A DNA stretch of 64,000 nt from Eledone cirrhosa (taxonomy: Eukaryota). The stretch spans positions 95,728,001 to 95,792,000 of the forward strand of contig OZ024744.1 in the NCBI GenBank assembly GCA_964016885.1. Reading direction: 5' to 3'. Below are positions 25,060 through 38,499 of this stretch, piece after piece (position 1 is the first letter of the stretch; each line of letters opens with the position of its first letter). Made by a program: the position numbers and the translations under genes. Under the pieces are notes generated by a model. That model ran no database searches. It had not been told where the DNA came from and saw only the letters and a list, made by a program, of their open reading frames with translations.

Positions 25060-25950
25060 TACACATATGGTAAAAGACTCATAAATATTTTTGAAAGCCA
25101 ATACAATGCAGTAGAAAAACATGAATGGCAAATAAAAACAAAACAAAGTAATGGCTTCCCCAGTATATTTTAGCATGATATTTCAGGGTTGTTACCCTCA
25201 GGGACGAAGCTAAAACATCCAAGACAAAACAAATAAGCAATCAAAATTTTTTTTCCCTAACCGGTCTATGTGTTTGCAAGACGCATGTGTGGGGTCGCTA
25301 CTAACCATTATGCCTCCTGCATTTCTGACCTACTATTATTTATCTCTGGTTTTATTTGATTGATGAAAATAGCCTCTTTAATCCTTAAATTTTCTATATT
25401 CCTTTCAATTGCCTCTATGGTGTCTTCAATGTCTTGGTTGCAGTATCTGTCGTGACGTTTTTTAATGGAAGAGGCCTTAATTGTCATGTTTTTTTATTCG
25501 TATGTGTGGTACCCTATGGTAGTTCCGATGTATGAGGAACTACATTTTTCTGTATGTTATCTTATAGACTACGTATGCTCTTATGCACACTTCTGCATTG
25601 TTAATGAGACAATTAGGAAATGTGCCCATATCGCTGTATGTGGGTTGATGCCTGTGGAGCAGTCTCCTCAATGAGGGTCACGAATGTGCCAGCTGTATAT
25701 TCAATCCCTCCTTACAGATGGCTTGTCTGATGGCGGCTGTCATCTCATTGAAATGTGGCAGCTTTAGGTACCACATGTTAGCCTTAGGGGTATGTGTCCT
25801 CCTTGTTCTTTTATGTGTTGCATGGCATTTCTGTGTTAGGTGAAAGAAATAGAATAGCCATTTTTGGTAAGAACTCTCTGAAATTCCTCCATGCTTGTAT
25901 GTCTGTTGCTACCCTCTCTGCCTCTGTTGTGTATCAGAGAGGTACGCAAC
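25060..25950 (-). mobile_element. Decayed Penelope-like element 3' part (GIY-YIG plus pseudo-LTR)
   Basis: Minus-strand VVYKIT...SSYIGTT (25572-25520, frameshifted) and ...ENLRIKEAIFINQIKPEIN; degenerate hammerhead at 25168-25215. Confidence 0.6.
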
Positions 25951-26902
25951 AGATGCAGAGAGCAGTGTGAGTGATCTGGTCCTCAGTCTTGCTGCAATTG
26001 CTCCAGATATGTGTAAGTTCATTTCTTAAATATCTCGTTTTAACTGTTTTAACATATGAATTCACTTCAAGAATCTCGCAAAACAAATGCAAAAACGAAG
26101 TACTGTTTAACCCTTTTGATACCAAACCTCCTGGTTTTACAATAATAAAACTGTTTATTTTAAAGTATTTAAAAAACCTTCCATTGTCATTTTATGTAAG
26201 AACATTTTTTAACGCTTCAGCATTTAAATCTGCTGTCTCCTCACCAACAGCTGCTCATACTTATTTTCAGGTATTGTTCTCAAAATAAATAATATCAAAA
26301 TCTCGTATTTTTGATATTATGTAAGATAAAGTCTTTACCATGAAAATACAATAGTAAATATAGAGTAATGTAAATGGTAAAGGGTTAAATTATGATCTAT
26401 TGTTTCTAGTTAAGGCACAAGGTTAGTTAGTAATTTGGGAGAGGGAAGAGAAAATTGATTATATCAACCCCAGTAATTCATTGGTACTTTATCTTATTAA
26501 CCCCCCACGCCTTCTCAGAAGAATGGAAAGCAAAGTTAACTCAGAATATAACAAGCCAAAACATGCTCTAACAATTCTGCCTATAAACCATCCTCCCCAG
26601 TTTAATAATGAAACAGTTCTTCATCTTCTTCTTCGACCACTTATTCCTGAGAGGGTCATTGGGGCCTTCAAACACTCCTTCCAGTGAGTCCTGCCAGAAG
26701 TAACTGTTTCCAACTGATCCGGTTGGATCCCCAAGTGTGACCAGCACATTCTTGATTAATTTCAAATGTTAATTGAAAACTATGGGAGATGAGAAGGAGG
26801 CAGTGTCTTTCATTAGAATCATAGCAACAAAAAGGAAAAAGGAAAAAAAAAGTTGATCAGTTGTGTTAAATTGTAATGCAAACAAAACAAAATATAACAT
26901 AC

Positions 26903-27028
26903 CATTTCCAATCCAATAAAATCCGACGACTATGATGATTAACAGTGCTATGATCTTGCTGAATGTGATGATAAGTTGGATTCTGGCGACTAATTTCACA
27001 TTTATGCAATTCAATGCGATGATACTCA
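26903..27028 (-). CDS. SLC7 transporter coding exon 2
   Basis: tctctttaacAG acceptor and GTATGT donor; 126 nt, phase 1/1; (M)SIIALNCINVKLVARIQLIITFSKIIALLIIIVVGFYWIGN(G), in frame with exon 1. Confidence 0.92.
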
Positions 27029-28509
27029 CTGTTAAAGAGATAAATAAAGATAATAATTAGAAAAATTTATTAGAAAATGTCATCTTAAAAATCGAAGTAT
27101 AAATAACATAAATAAATACATTTTAAATTATTGTTAGAGAGAAGACTGCACTGGTATGGACATGTGATGTGCATGGATGATGATGATCGCTAGGTGAAGA
27201 AGAGCCAGGAAATGCCAGTGGATGGAAGTCACAATAGAGGTGGGACCTGGGCAGAGTTTTTGAGAGCTGACCTCAGACTGACAGAGATGATGAAGGAACA
27301 CGACAAAATGGAGAGATGCTGTGCTGAGAAAGACCCATCCAACCCATGTAAGCATGGAAAAAGCTGTTGAAGTATTGGCCACTTTCTGATAGTTTTGGCA
27401 TTGAATCTATAGCAGTGGAAACTGCTGGCGTTCTGGGTCTCTTAAACGCCTCTCTAATCACTGTTATTGGGGGCGAAGTTGGCTAACTGCAGGAGTGAAT
27501 CCCACAAGTTTCAAAGTGTCTCCTTCACTATTCTCCGGATAACGTTTTTTTTTTTTTTCATTCTGTCCACTGAGGCCATGGGGACGCTTGCGCCTAGGGT
27601 TCTGCATGCCAGAGACCATTCTCCCATACTGTCAAGGCTTGTATCATTGAGGTAGTGATGGTATAGGTTGTTGTTATATACATTTTTATTAACAATAATA
27701 CAAATAATATATCCAGACATAGAAAACTTGTCAAACAGTCTTCAGCTGTGTCAAAAACATAACCACCCTGGTGTTGATGCCATGATAAAAACACACCTGC
27801 AGCGTACAGGAACATATGCAAACGAGATGTACGCCTCCCAGCTCATCTGAGAGGTCAGTCAGTGGCTCAACTATGATTACCTATCCAACATTTGATAGCA
27901 AGGAAAATGGATGTTAACTGATTATGATGTTACCAAAAAGATAATAATGTCATAGCTCAATGGGTTTTTACAAAACTGTTAATTTAATACCTAAGAAGGA
28001 CTTAAATACTTTTAAGCTTATATCTATTTTATGAATTTTATGATAGGATTTTGAAATCCATTTGTCTTGATGACATAATCTGCACAACGCACATATCATC
28101 ATCATTTTATATCCTGTTTTCTATGCTGACATGGGTTGGACAGGTTGTCATGTTTTGAGGCTACACAGGTCAGATGACCACATTCTGCTCATAAGTTCCA
28201 TATGTCAACAGTTTGATTACCCTTCCTAACATCAACCACTTTATAGAATGTACTGCGTAAATTTTATCATGCCACCAATACTACCACTTTACAGGGTGTA
28301 CTGGGTACATATTATCATAGCACCAACACTACCACATTATATAGTGCACTGGGTACATATTATTATGGCACCAGCACGACCACATTACAGAGTGTACTAG
28401 GCTGCATTGTATTGTGACCCCAGCACTAGGGTAACTGCTGTCTTCAGTCAGGCAGAAATGGGCAAGACAATTTGAGGCAAGATTTTCTGTGTCCAGATGC
28501 CCTTCCTAC

Positions 28510-28758
28510 GTCTAGCCGATTTTCCCAAAATTTCAAGGCATATTATGCACATAAAAAAATTCATTTTCTTGATCCCCTAGGTGAAAACCTGCATTTTTCC
28601 TGCTTTATTGAGGAAAATCTTAAAGATTATCCAACCATCAGAGTATTCGGTTTATTTTCTTTACATATTGTCCAGGCATGCAGTTTCCACAATTAGGTCT
28701 GTTGGCGGCCCGCGTTCCAAAATACCTTATCCCATGCAACGCCGGGTACCACTGCTAG
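28510..28758 (+). mobile_element. Helitron 3' end fragment
   Basis: cccatgcaacgccggg hairpin followed by CTAG|T at 28758; 5' boundary uncertain. Confidence 0.6.
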
Positions 28759-29406
28759 TGTATATATATATATATGTGTTGTATGTATTACTTATACACA
28801 ATTAAAATTTAGAACAAATATACATGACATCTCAATGGAAAGATATCTTTAAGACACCCTATCCAGAAAAGCAAACATATATATAGAATATGTTATACAT
28901 ATCACTAATGGGTTGATAAAATATTGTTTCCTTGTGATGTATAAAATCTCTTAAATATAAGGAGCATGACCAAAATCCCTGACATAAAAACAGTTTATGA
29001 ATTGAAAAATAATAAAGTCAGATCACTTCAATAGCTTGATGTGGTCAAAGTCAGATCACTTCAATAGCTGACGTGGTCATCATTATCCGATCAAGTTCTT
29101 CGATACCTTTTTTTACAGTTTCTGAATCAGAGAATAATTCTAACCAATCAATAAATCGATATGGTCATCATTACCAGAAACCGTATTCTGAGGAACAAGA
29201 TCTCTCCTAACAGGTATATACCAGTCTTGTACTAAATCAGATAACCCCACTGAAGAAGAAAACGGTTTTGACCAATTCATAGGTTTCTGTAGCGTTTTTG
29301 CCAAGCTTGACACAAAACGTTATTGCATAACCCTTAAAGTTGTCCTCAAACACCGACTACATTGTGGAACCAGTCAGTTGACAAGACATGTATGATTAAT
29401 AGTGTT

Positions 29407-29631
29407 TAACCATTTAGCATTTACATTACTCTATATATACTATTATATTTTCATGGTAAAGGCTTTACATCACATAATTATCTCACTTAATATTGATTCT
29501 ATAAGATTTTGATATTTATTTTGAGAATAATACCTTAACATCAGTATGAGTGGCTAGTTATGAGCAGTTTGAACAGAAAGAGGTAAGAGAATTCTGGTCG
29601 GATATGGCAGGTTTAAGTGCTAAAGGGTTAA
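29407..29631. mobile_element. TTAA piggyBac-like MITE (~215-225 bp); further copies at ~26207-26388, 33583-33735, 34112-34327, 34466-34684, 38261-38476, 38625-38846, 54900-55097
   Basis: TTAA-flanked TIRs CCCTTTAGCATTTA / TAAATGCTAAAGGG and a shared internal sequence. Confidence 0.75.
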
Positions 29632-29887
29632 AGTGCTATAGTGGTCAGAACCTTACACCTGGAACAAAAAGATTTGGCATGTTAGTTTATTAAAATCATA
29701 TGAAGGATGTATTAGAACAGTTAGGTAGGTCAATTAAAAGTGTCTGAAAAGAAAAAGTCTCAAAACTTCTTGCGTGTACCTTGTGTGTGTATATATATAT
29801 AGTAATAATAATAAATGTGAAGACTAAAATCCAAAGAGGGCTCAATAAGGATAAAAATATATCAAATATATAAGAACCCTAGAGCAA

Positions 29888-30024
29888 ATATTAATTAAAA
29901 TTACAGATTAAAGTTTAAGCAAAGAATCGCTGCTTTCACCCTTAACGGGATCTTCAGAAGATCCCGTTAAGGGTGAAAGCAGTGATTCTTTGCTTAAACT
30001 TTAATCTGTTATTTTAATTAATAT
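29888..30024. repeat. Near-perfect 68-bp-arm palindrome centred on a hammerhead core
   Basis: Centre at 29956 (cttc-a-gaag); arms match 19350-19414. Confidence 0.9.
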
Positions 30025-30119
30025 GTATGTATATATATATATATATATATATATCATCATTATCGTTTAACGTCCATCTTCCACGCTTGCATGGGTTATA
30101 TATATATATATAGGTGGGA

Positions 30120-31900
30120 GGTTGATATTGGTAGATATCTCTGTGCTGGAAGATGTTCATAATAGAGAGTTCATTGATAGAGCAGAAGTCTAATAAGATC
30201 TCTCCATTTGTATTTAAATCGGGGTTGTCATTCCTTCCAATGACTCCTTTCCATGTCAGCTGGTCAGTTCCAACATGTGTATTGAAGTCTCCCATCAGGA
30301 TATATAACTCACCATTCCTTCCAATGACTCCTTTCCATGTCAGCTGGTCAGTTCCAACATGTGTATTGAAGTCTCATCATCAAGATATATAACTCACCAT
30401 TCTTTCCAATGACTCCTTTCCATGTCAGGTGGTCAGTTCCAACATGTGTATTGAAGTCTCATCATCAAGATATATAACTCACCATTCCTTCCAATGACTC
30501 CTTTCCATGTCAGGTGGTCAGTTCCAACATGTGTATTGAAGTCTCCCATCAGGATATATAACTCACCATTCCTTCCAATGACTCCTTTCCATGTCAGCTG
30601 GTCAGTTCCAACATGTGTATTGAAGTCTCATCATCAGGATATATAACTCACCATTCTTTCCAATGACTCCTTTCCATGTCAGGTGGTCAGTTCCAACATG
30701 TGTATTGAAGTCTCATCATCAAGATATATAACTCACCATTCCTTCCAATGACTCCTTTCCATGTCAGCTGGTCAGTTCCAACATGTGTATTGAAGTCTCA
30801 TCATCAAGATATATAACTCACCATTCCTTCCAATGACTCCTTTCCATGTCAGCTGGTCAGTTCCAACATGTGTATTGAAGTCTCATCATCAGGATATATA
30901 ACTCACCATTCTTTCCAATGACTCCTTTCCATGTCAGGTGGTCAGTTCCAACATGTGTATTGAAGTCTCATCATCAAGATATATAACTCACCATTCCTTC
31001 CAATGACTCCTTTCCATGTCAGGTGGTCAGTTCCAACATGTGTATTGAAGTCTCATCATCAAGATATATAACTCACCATTCTTTCCAATGACTTCTTTCC
31101 ATGTCAGCTGGTCAGTTCCAACATGTGTATTGAAGTCTCATCATCAAGATATATAACTCACCATTCTTTCCAATGACTCCTTTCCATGTCAGCTGGTCAG
31201 TTCCAACATGTGTATTGAAGTCTCATCATCAAGATATATAACTCACCATTCCTTCCAATGACTCCTTTCCATGTCAGGTGGTCAGTTCCAACATGTGTAT
31301 TGAAGTCTCATCATCAAGATATATAACTCACCATTCCTTTCAATGACTCCTTTCCATGTCAGCTGGTCAGTTCCAACATGTGTATTGAAGTCTCATCATC
31401 AAGATATATAACTCACCATTCCTTCCAATGACTCCTTTCCATGTCAGCTGGTCAGTTCCAACATGTGTATTGAAGTCTCCCATCAGGATATATGACTCAG
31501 TCTTAACTACATTTAATGCTGCAATGACTTCATCAAGGAAAGATCTGTATTTAGACTCCTTGTTTGGTACATAAACTTGCACCACCCACAGAGACCTATC
31601 TTTCAGCCTAAGCTTCAAGAGGAAAATCCTTCCCCACTAACGAGATCCTATCCATAACACATTCTGACAGTCGGAGGCTGGTGAGTATTTCCATTCTTGA
31701 CTGTGCACTCATTTCTGGTGCCACACCTGAATAGTGGAGTTTCTATCCTCCATCCAAATCTACAGTGCCAGAGTCATGGAACTTTGTTGAGGAAACCTGG
31801 ACTATATATAGCAGCATCTAGCCTCATCCACTTACTCATTACCTGTAGGGGTTATGATTTTTCAGGTTCCAATTGTCAAGGTTTGCTCCCTTCCGGACCC
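30120..31900 (-). mobile_element. RTE LINE endonuclease fragment containing a tandem array
   Basis: KLRLKDRSLWVVQVYVPNKE...ILMGDFNTHVG...NGEILLDFC. Confidence 0.8.
30229..31493. repeat. 84/85-bp tandem array (~15 copies) derived from LINE endonuclease coding sequence
   Basis: Unit starts at 30229, 30313, 30398 and so on; the minus strand encodes ILMGDFNTHVGTDQLTWKGVIGRN. Confidence 0.95.
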
Positions 31901-34844
31901 TCTTTGGGGGCTCAAGATACACAACCTTTGTGCGTCATCTGATGCCTTCCAAAATAGGTCGCAAACCTACCACCAGTTTTTGCGACATGAGATGGCGACT
32001 GCAATATATTCATAGCAACTTTGAAAAGTTGTCACACAGTAGCTTTGGATTAAAAATACTTTTGTTCTAAGTATCAAAAATTCCATTCAGTGTTTAAGAA
32101 AAACCAAATGTACTCATATTTTATGGTTTGTCTTTTTTTTTACTGTTTGTTGCTTGCATTACATTTTACTAAACATTCAATAACCTATTGAAAAATAATA
32201 TACTATATTTTCAAACGAACAAATTTTTTACATCCTAAATAGCATTTCATGCTGAAAATTATATAAAAATATTGATAATATCAAAGCATTGGGAAGTGTT
32301 TATCTACAAGAAGCATGATTTTAGTGAGCAACTTGAAAACTTTGTTTTCTTTTTGTCCTTGAAGATTACAAAAAGAAATAAGCCAATGGAGATAACGAAA
32401 AGGGTCTTCTGCCCCCATCCCACCCTACCGCTTTGATAATTCAATCAAGTACATTGATTTCAATTTCTGTTAATCTAAAAGAATTCAGACACCCCCCACC
32501 AAACCCAAACCCAACCCCATCTCATCCAGCTAACTGGTTGTCTGCCAACTGGAATATATCCAAGCACACAGTATTTCTCTCTGTTGGCAGACACAACCCA
32601 ACAGGCTTTTGTTTAATGATTCTTAGATAAAACAAGGATGCTACTGTTTTAACCTAGTAGTTCCAGAACACATTGTTTAGAATTGGAATAAAGAAGTCTA
32701 ACAATTCTTTACATGCTTTATAATGGAGCTTTTCAGCAATGGGATATTTACCTGAGATCTCTGAAGAAGGTACTTTCGAGAGTTGAAAATCTCCATCACA
32801 CCATCCCATATTTCCCAAACATCACTCCTGCTCAGTGGTTTTAGAAATATTTACTGATCTGACATGGAATTTTGGATTAGAACTTTGTTTCTATGTCTTT
32901 TGCTTTCACTAATCCTAACAGTTCATCCAACCTATCTTAGCTCCAACTATTCAAAGAACTCTTTCATACTCCTACTTTGCAGTTTCACCTCCTTTCTCAA
33001 AGGTTACATCTAGTCTCTTCACTTTCATTTTTAATACTCATCATCAGCAATATTTTACGTCTGCATGCATGGGTTGGACAGCTCATTTTTCCAGCACTGC
33101 ATCTCTCCACTCATTCATTCTTTTGCCTACTCCTCTGTGACTTTCAACGATTTGAGATTAGCTCTTACCCATGATTATTCAGAATACTCCTAATTTTTAA
33201 ATTATTGTGCTCACCTTGCCTCTAAACAATTTCATGTAAATTTTCAAATGTTAAGTTTCTACACTTCAGGTCATCTCTAAAAGCTTGTCTAATCTGATTT
33301 CACTACATATCTTTTGTGTTTAAAATACATCTCTTCTCTAAAGGGAGCCTCTACATAATCTCTTTCTCTGTTAGAACTACACAAATTCCTTCAAATCATT
33401 CCGTACTATCTTCAATATTAACAGCCTGTACCACATGAAATCACATTAACAAGACATTGTTGAAAAGTACAAAACAGTACTATGACTGTATCACATTAAC
33501 TCTTAACGTCCTGTACCACATGAAACCACATTAACAAGACATTCTTGAAAAGTACAAAACAGCACTATGACTGAATTACATCAACCCTTTGTCATATATA
33601 CTATGGTCTTTTCATATTATTTATTTTGGGAGGAATACCTTAACATAAGTATGAGCAGCTTGTTATAGCTGGTTTGAACAGAAAGACATAAGAGAATTCT
33701 GGCCAGATACAGCTGGTTTAAATGCTAAAGGATTAAATATTGAAGACTTTACTTTAGTTCCTTGCAAATTTTCACAATGATCTGTCTACTAGTAAAGATA
33801 CTAGAAACATTTGAATTAACACAACTACTTTTAGATATTTTCTGCTAAAGCATTACAGGACGTTAAGAGATTATACTGCACTTGAACTATCTACCCCTAT
33901 GCACCTAAAATTTGAGGAACATTATCAATCAAGGCAAGCTATTGAACACCAATGGAAGTAGATTCTCATTGTTCTGTTAAAAAATCCTGTTTTCAACTGA
34001 GTCCTTTTTATTGTGGCACCAAAATGACCATTTTACAGAATGGACATGGTGCTTTTTGTCATTTTTGTTACTACTTATTTCGTAGCTTGATAAACCTTAC
34101 CTAAATTTCACTTAACCCTTTAACACTTACCTTGTTCTATATTTACTATTATATTTTTGTGGTAAAGACATTACCTCCCATAATATCAAATCTATGAGAT
34201 TTTGATGTTATTTATTTTAACAACAATACCTTAACATCAGTATCAGCAACCGGTTACAGCCAGTTTGAACAGAAAGAGGTGAGAGAATTCTGGCCAGATA
34301 TGGCCAGTTTAAATGCTAAAGGGTTAATGGCATCATTCACATTTTTTTTATTCCCTTCCCACTTTCTTTTTCCATTTTTTCGAACATCTTACATACTCAA
34401 AACTTTTCTAGAAAACTTACATCTTCACACTAAACACTTATAACAATGCATTCTCCTTCTCACTTCTTAACTCTTTAGCATTTATACTGGCCATATCCGG
34501 CCAGAATTCTATCACCTCTTTCTGTTCAAACTGGCTGTAATTGGTCACTCATACTGATGTTAAGGTATTGTTCTCAAAATAAATAACATGAAAAATCTCA
34601 TAGCTTCGATATTATTATAAGGTAAAGCTTTTACTGGGAAAATACAATAGTAAATATTAAATAATGTAAATGCTAAAGGGTTAAACTGGCCATATCTGGC
34701 CAGAATTCTCTCACCTCTTTCTGTTCAAACCAGCTGTAACTGACCATTTTTACTCATGTTAAGGTATTGTTCTCAAAATAAATAACATCAAAGTCTCATA
34801 GATTCGATATTATGCGAGGTAAAGCCTTTACCATAAAAATATAA

Positions 34845-35847
34845 TCTACTATATAAATTTGAATTGGTCGGACATTGTATATGCAGGTGTAGTCAGATAA
34901 ACGTCGAAACAGCTAGGTGGAATGCAGTGAAAATTTACAGTTATGCAGAATGACCCGAGGAGGAGTTGGGTCGACTTTCAAGCTATAAGCTTCCATGGTT
35001 ACGGAGAAAATCAATGAAACAGGAATTTCCCATTCAAATTGAACTGAGAGTAATCTGTGAATGCAGAAGTAAATATTTCGAGAAACGTTGCAACCGAAGG
35101 AAAACAGAAAGACGATTTTTGGTTCATGAACAGAAAAAAAGCGAGGATAATACATCGTTATGTAGAGCGAGAAGAACAATTTCATGCAAAGACAAGACCA
35201 AGTTTATGGTATAAATGGAGTCGTTAGACTAATATTCTATTTAAAATAACAGAATGATTTCCAGCCCCGGAGTTTAAGAATGATGTAAATAAAATTGAAA
35301 ACGAAAATGACAGGTTATTAAAATAGTAAAAGTAAATAGTGAAGATTTAGGCCAGTACATACATATGCCCCGACAGACATACACATACATACGCACACAC
35401 AAATACATACACACCCACAAACACGCGCGCGCGTGTATTTATAAACCTTATGCATTTCTACAGTATTTTCACCAAACTTAAGTACTCCGGATGGTCATGG
35501 GCACTTTCATTTTTCCAGATATTGATTATAGGGCCTCCCGGCAGATAACCCCCTTTAACCACTTCCTTGGAGTCGACTGAAGCACTGCAGTGCAATGCAA
35601 CAAAACGTCATAACTTCTGGAGTTCGCAACCGATTTTCACAAAACTTGGGCTATGTTTGTCCTACAGATGAATGTGAACTCTCAGAATTGGCACATATTG
35701 AGTAGGGGACCCCTGGAGGCAGGAACCCCCTTTTGGAAAAAGCCGATGATTTTGTAAAAGTATAGTTTTCGAAGCAGCACTGAAGTATTGACATAAATGG
35801 TATACACAACTATTTAATACCCGAGCAACGCCGGGTATCTCTGCTAG
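34845..35847 (+). mobile_element. Non-autonomous Helitron nested in a TTAA MITE
   Basis: A|TCTACTATAT start; cccgagcaacgccggg hairpin then CTAG|T; removing it restores the MITE sequence aaaatataa|tagtatatat. Confidence 0.88.
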
Positions 35848-36471
35848 TAGTATATATATATAGAGTAATGTAAATACTAAAGTGTTAAACACAACACAGA
35901 TCCAGTCACTTTTACTTCAGCATCTCTTTTATTTTCAGCTCTACCCATTATCATTACATAACATGGTTTGAAACAAAACAAGTTATCTTAAAACAAAGAA
36001 GGTTATTGGTAAACAAATCCTTAATGTTAAAGTTGGTTCTTCAAATGTTAGAAGGAAATCTAACGTCTTTACAAGGGCAACTAATAATAACAAAAATGTT
36101 AGCAATATATAAAAACATGACCTCTAAGAATATTGCATTATGCCAAACTATAAATATCTAAATATCTATGGAATTTAATCTGAAGAAAGAGATTTACATT
36201 CTACGAACAATGTAAGGGAGAGAAAAATAAATAAATAAATAAAAAATAAACAAACAAACAAATAAAGTAATTCTGATACAATTCCACAAGTCAATATTTT
36301 GATATTTAACATTTTAAATATCAAAATATTAGAACCGTGAAAATATTTTGTCCACTCATGAGAATTTCCTAACAGCACCATAATGTGTTGATTAGCAGCC
36401 TCAGCTTATAAATGGGGGTTTGGATTTCTGTACATTTCTCAGACATAAAATAGGGGTTGGCTTATATTAGA

Positions 36472-37051
36472 CTAGCAGAGATACCCGGCTTTGCCCAGGA
36501 GAACAGAGAAAACGACTGTATTTGATGTGTTGTATGGTATGAGGTGAGACAGTAATGTGTCTGTGAGAGAAAGACATAAAACTTCCTTATTAGGCAAGGG
36601 AAGTAAACTGCTGATTAAATGGTAGCATTGGCCTTGGATTTTAAATGTTGTGAAATAACCATAGTCAGTATGATCTTTTTCACCTCCAAAGGACGTCATC
36701 TGATACACAGCAATATACTGCATAACATTGCTTCTGAAGTGTTTAGCTTTGTTAGTACGGACTGTAAGTAGTATATGGATAAAAGCTGGAGAGTAGATTC
36801 ATTTCAAATAGTATCAATTTTTTTTTTTTGTTCTGTAAAACAACTTTATAAAAGCTAACACAATATTATTAAACCTTCAACTGATACTTTTGTGGGATGT
36901 CTCTCTATCTCTCTCGCTGAATATCTAACACTTTAATTGTATCTTTCTCTGCATAACAGCTTATCTCTCTCTTTCTGTCTCTCCCTCTTTAGATGTGTGT
37001 ATAGTTTTCGTGTGATTCAACCAACCAACAAACATATCTCTTATATATAGA
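36472..37051 (-). mobile_element. Non-autonomous Helitron with a RepHel coding remnant
   Basis: Minus-strand A|TC start at 37051 and hairpin plus CTAG at 36472; ORF fragment YQMTSFGG...FTTFKIQGQCYHLISSLLP resembles the Helitron RepHel N-terminal region. Confidence 0.8.
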
Positions 37052-38499
37052 TTATATATGATACGTCATGTGTAAAACAGAAATAATCTACTCCCTTTGT
37101 TGGGTCATTTAACACATTTGAAACCAATCTAACCAAAATTAGCTCTGCTTCTATGAAACAAAACCACCCAGTTTAAAGAATTTTTATTTAAAATATAATC
37201 TTCCAAAATAATTTTATATAAGAGCCATATGTTAAGTTAGTGTCGCGAATGAAATAATTAATATTCTACCTTAATTAATTGAAATAGAGTGTATATCATT
37301 AAAAATATAGCCACAAAAGGGTTAAATTAAAATCTTCCAGCATAATTATATATAAATACCATGTGTTAAGTTATTATCTTAGTAATGAAATAATACTATT
37401 AATAAATCCCTCAAAATTCTTCATTAATTGACTGAAATAAAGTATATATCATAAGAAATACAATCATGAAAGGGATTAAGAAGTTTTTGATCTTCATTTC
37501 CTAGTGCTATTATAACTAAATTACTCTTGAGCATCTACCACATGGAGAAATTTTCCTGCACCCATTGTTTTCATTGAATGATCAACATTGAGTTCCTACT
37601 TTATTTCCTTCCTATGTATTGAGCAATGTTACTTTCCAGATGACGCCAACATTTTATGCTCTGTTACAAATTAGAACTTTAGACCATTCTACCAGATTTG
37701 GAACTTTTGGGGGTAGATTGAGAAGTGGTTGTTATTAGGAAGAGCACCCACCCATAGAAAACCAAACCCATAAAAACAGACTAAGATGTGGTCACCTGAC
37801 CTATCTAGAATCTTCACTTGACAATCCAAAATATCTAATCCATACAAACATGGAAAAGGTTAAACAATGATAAAGATGTATTCTTCGTAAAGTTATTTTC
37901 CTCTGGAACTGTCTAGCCTCATATCATGACAACTCATCTAACCCATGCAATATGGAAAATAGAAGTTAAATGGCAGTAGTGATGATGATGATGATGATGG
38001 TGATAAAGATGATGTAATCTTTATAAAGTTTTTTTTTCTCTTGGACATGTATGGTTGTCGCCTTACAGTTTCAGTCCAAAATCTTATTCTTGTGGATTTA
38101 TAAATCCAGACTTAAATAAAATATAAATTAGGCCGAAATATCTATATCTATATATCTATATATATATATATATAGATAGATAGGTAAGAATAATAGAGTA
38201 CAAAACAAACATATATTAAAACTATACGGATATATGTTACTTCATTTTTATTAATGTAATTTAACCCTTTAGCCATACATTATGCTATATTTACCATTGT
38301 ATTTTCACAGTAAAGGCTTTACCTCACATAATATCAGATCTATGAGATTTTGATATTTATTTTGAGAGCAATACCTTAACATCAGTATGAGTGGCCGCTT
38401 ACGTCAATTTTGAAAAGAAAGAGGTGAGAGAATTCAGGGTGGATATGGCCAGTTTAAATGCTAAAGTGAGAGTTAAGAAAAGATATTATCATCACCACT

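Noticed and set aside
29245-29290. CTGAAGA motif
   Set aside because: No downstream GAAA with compatible stems.
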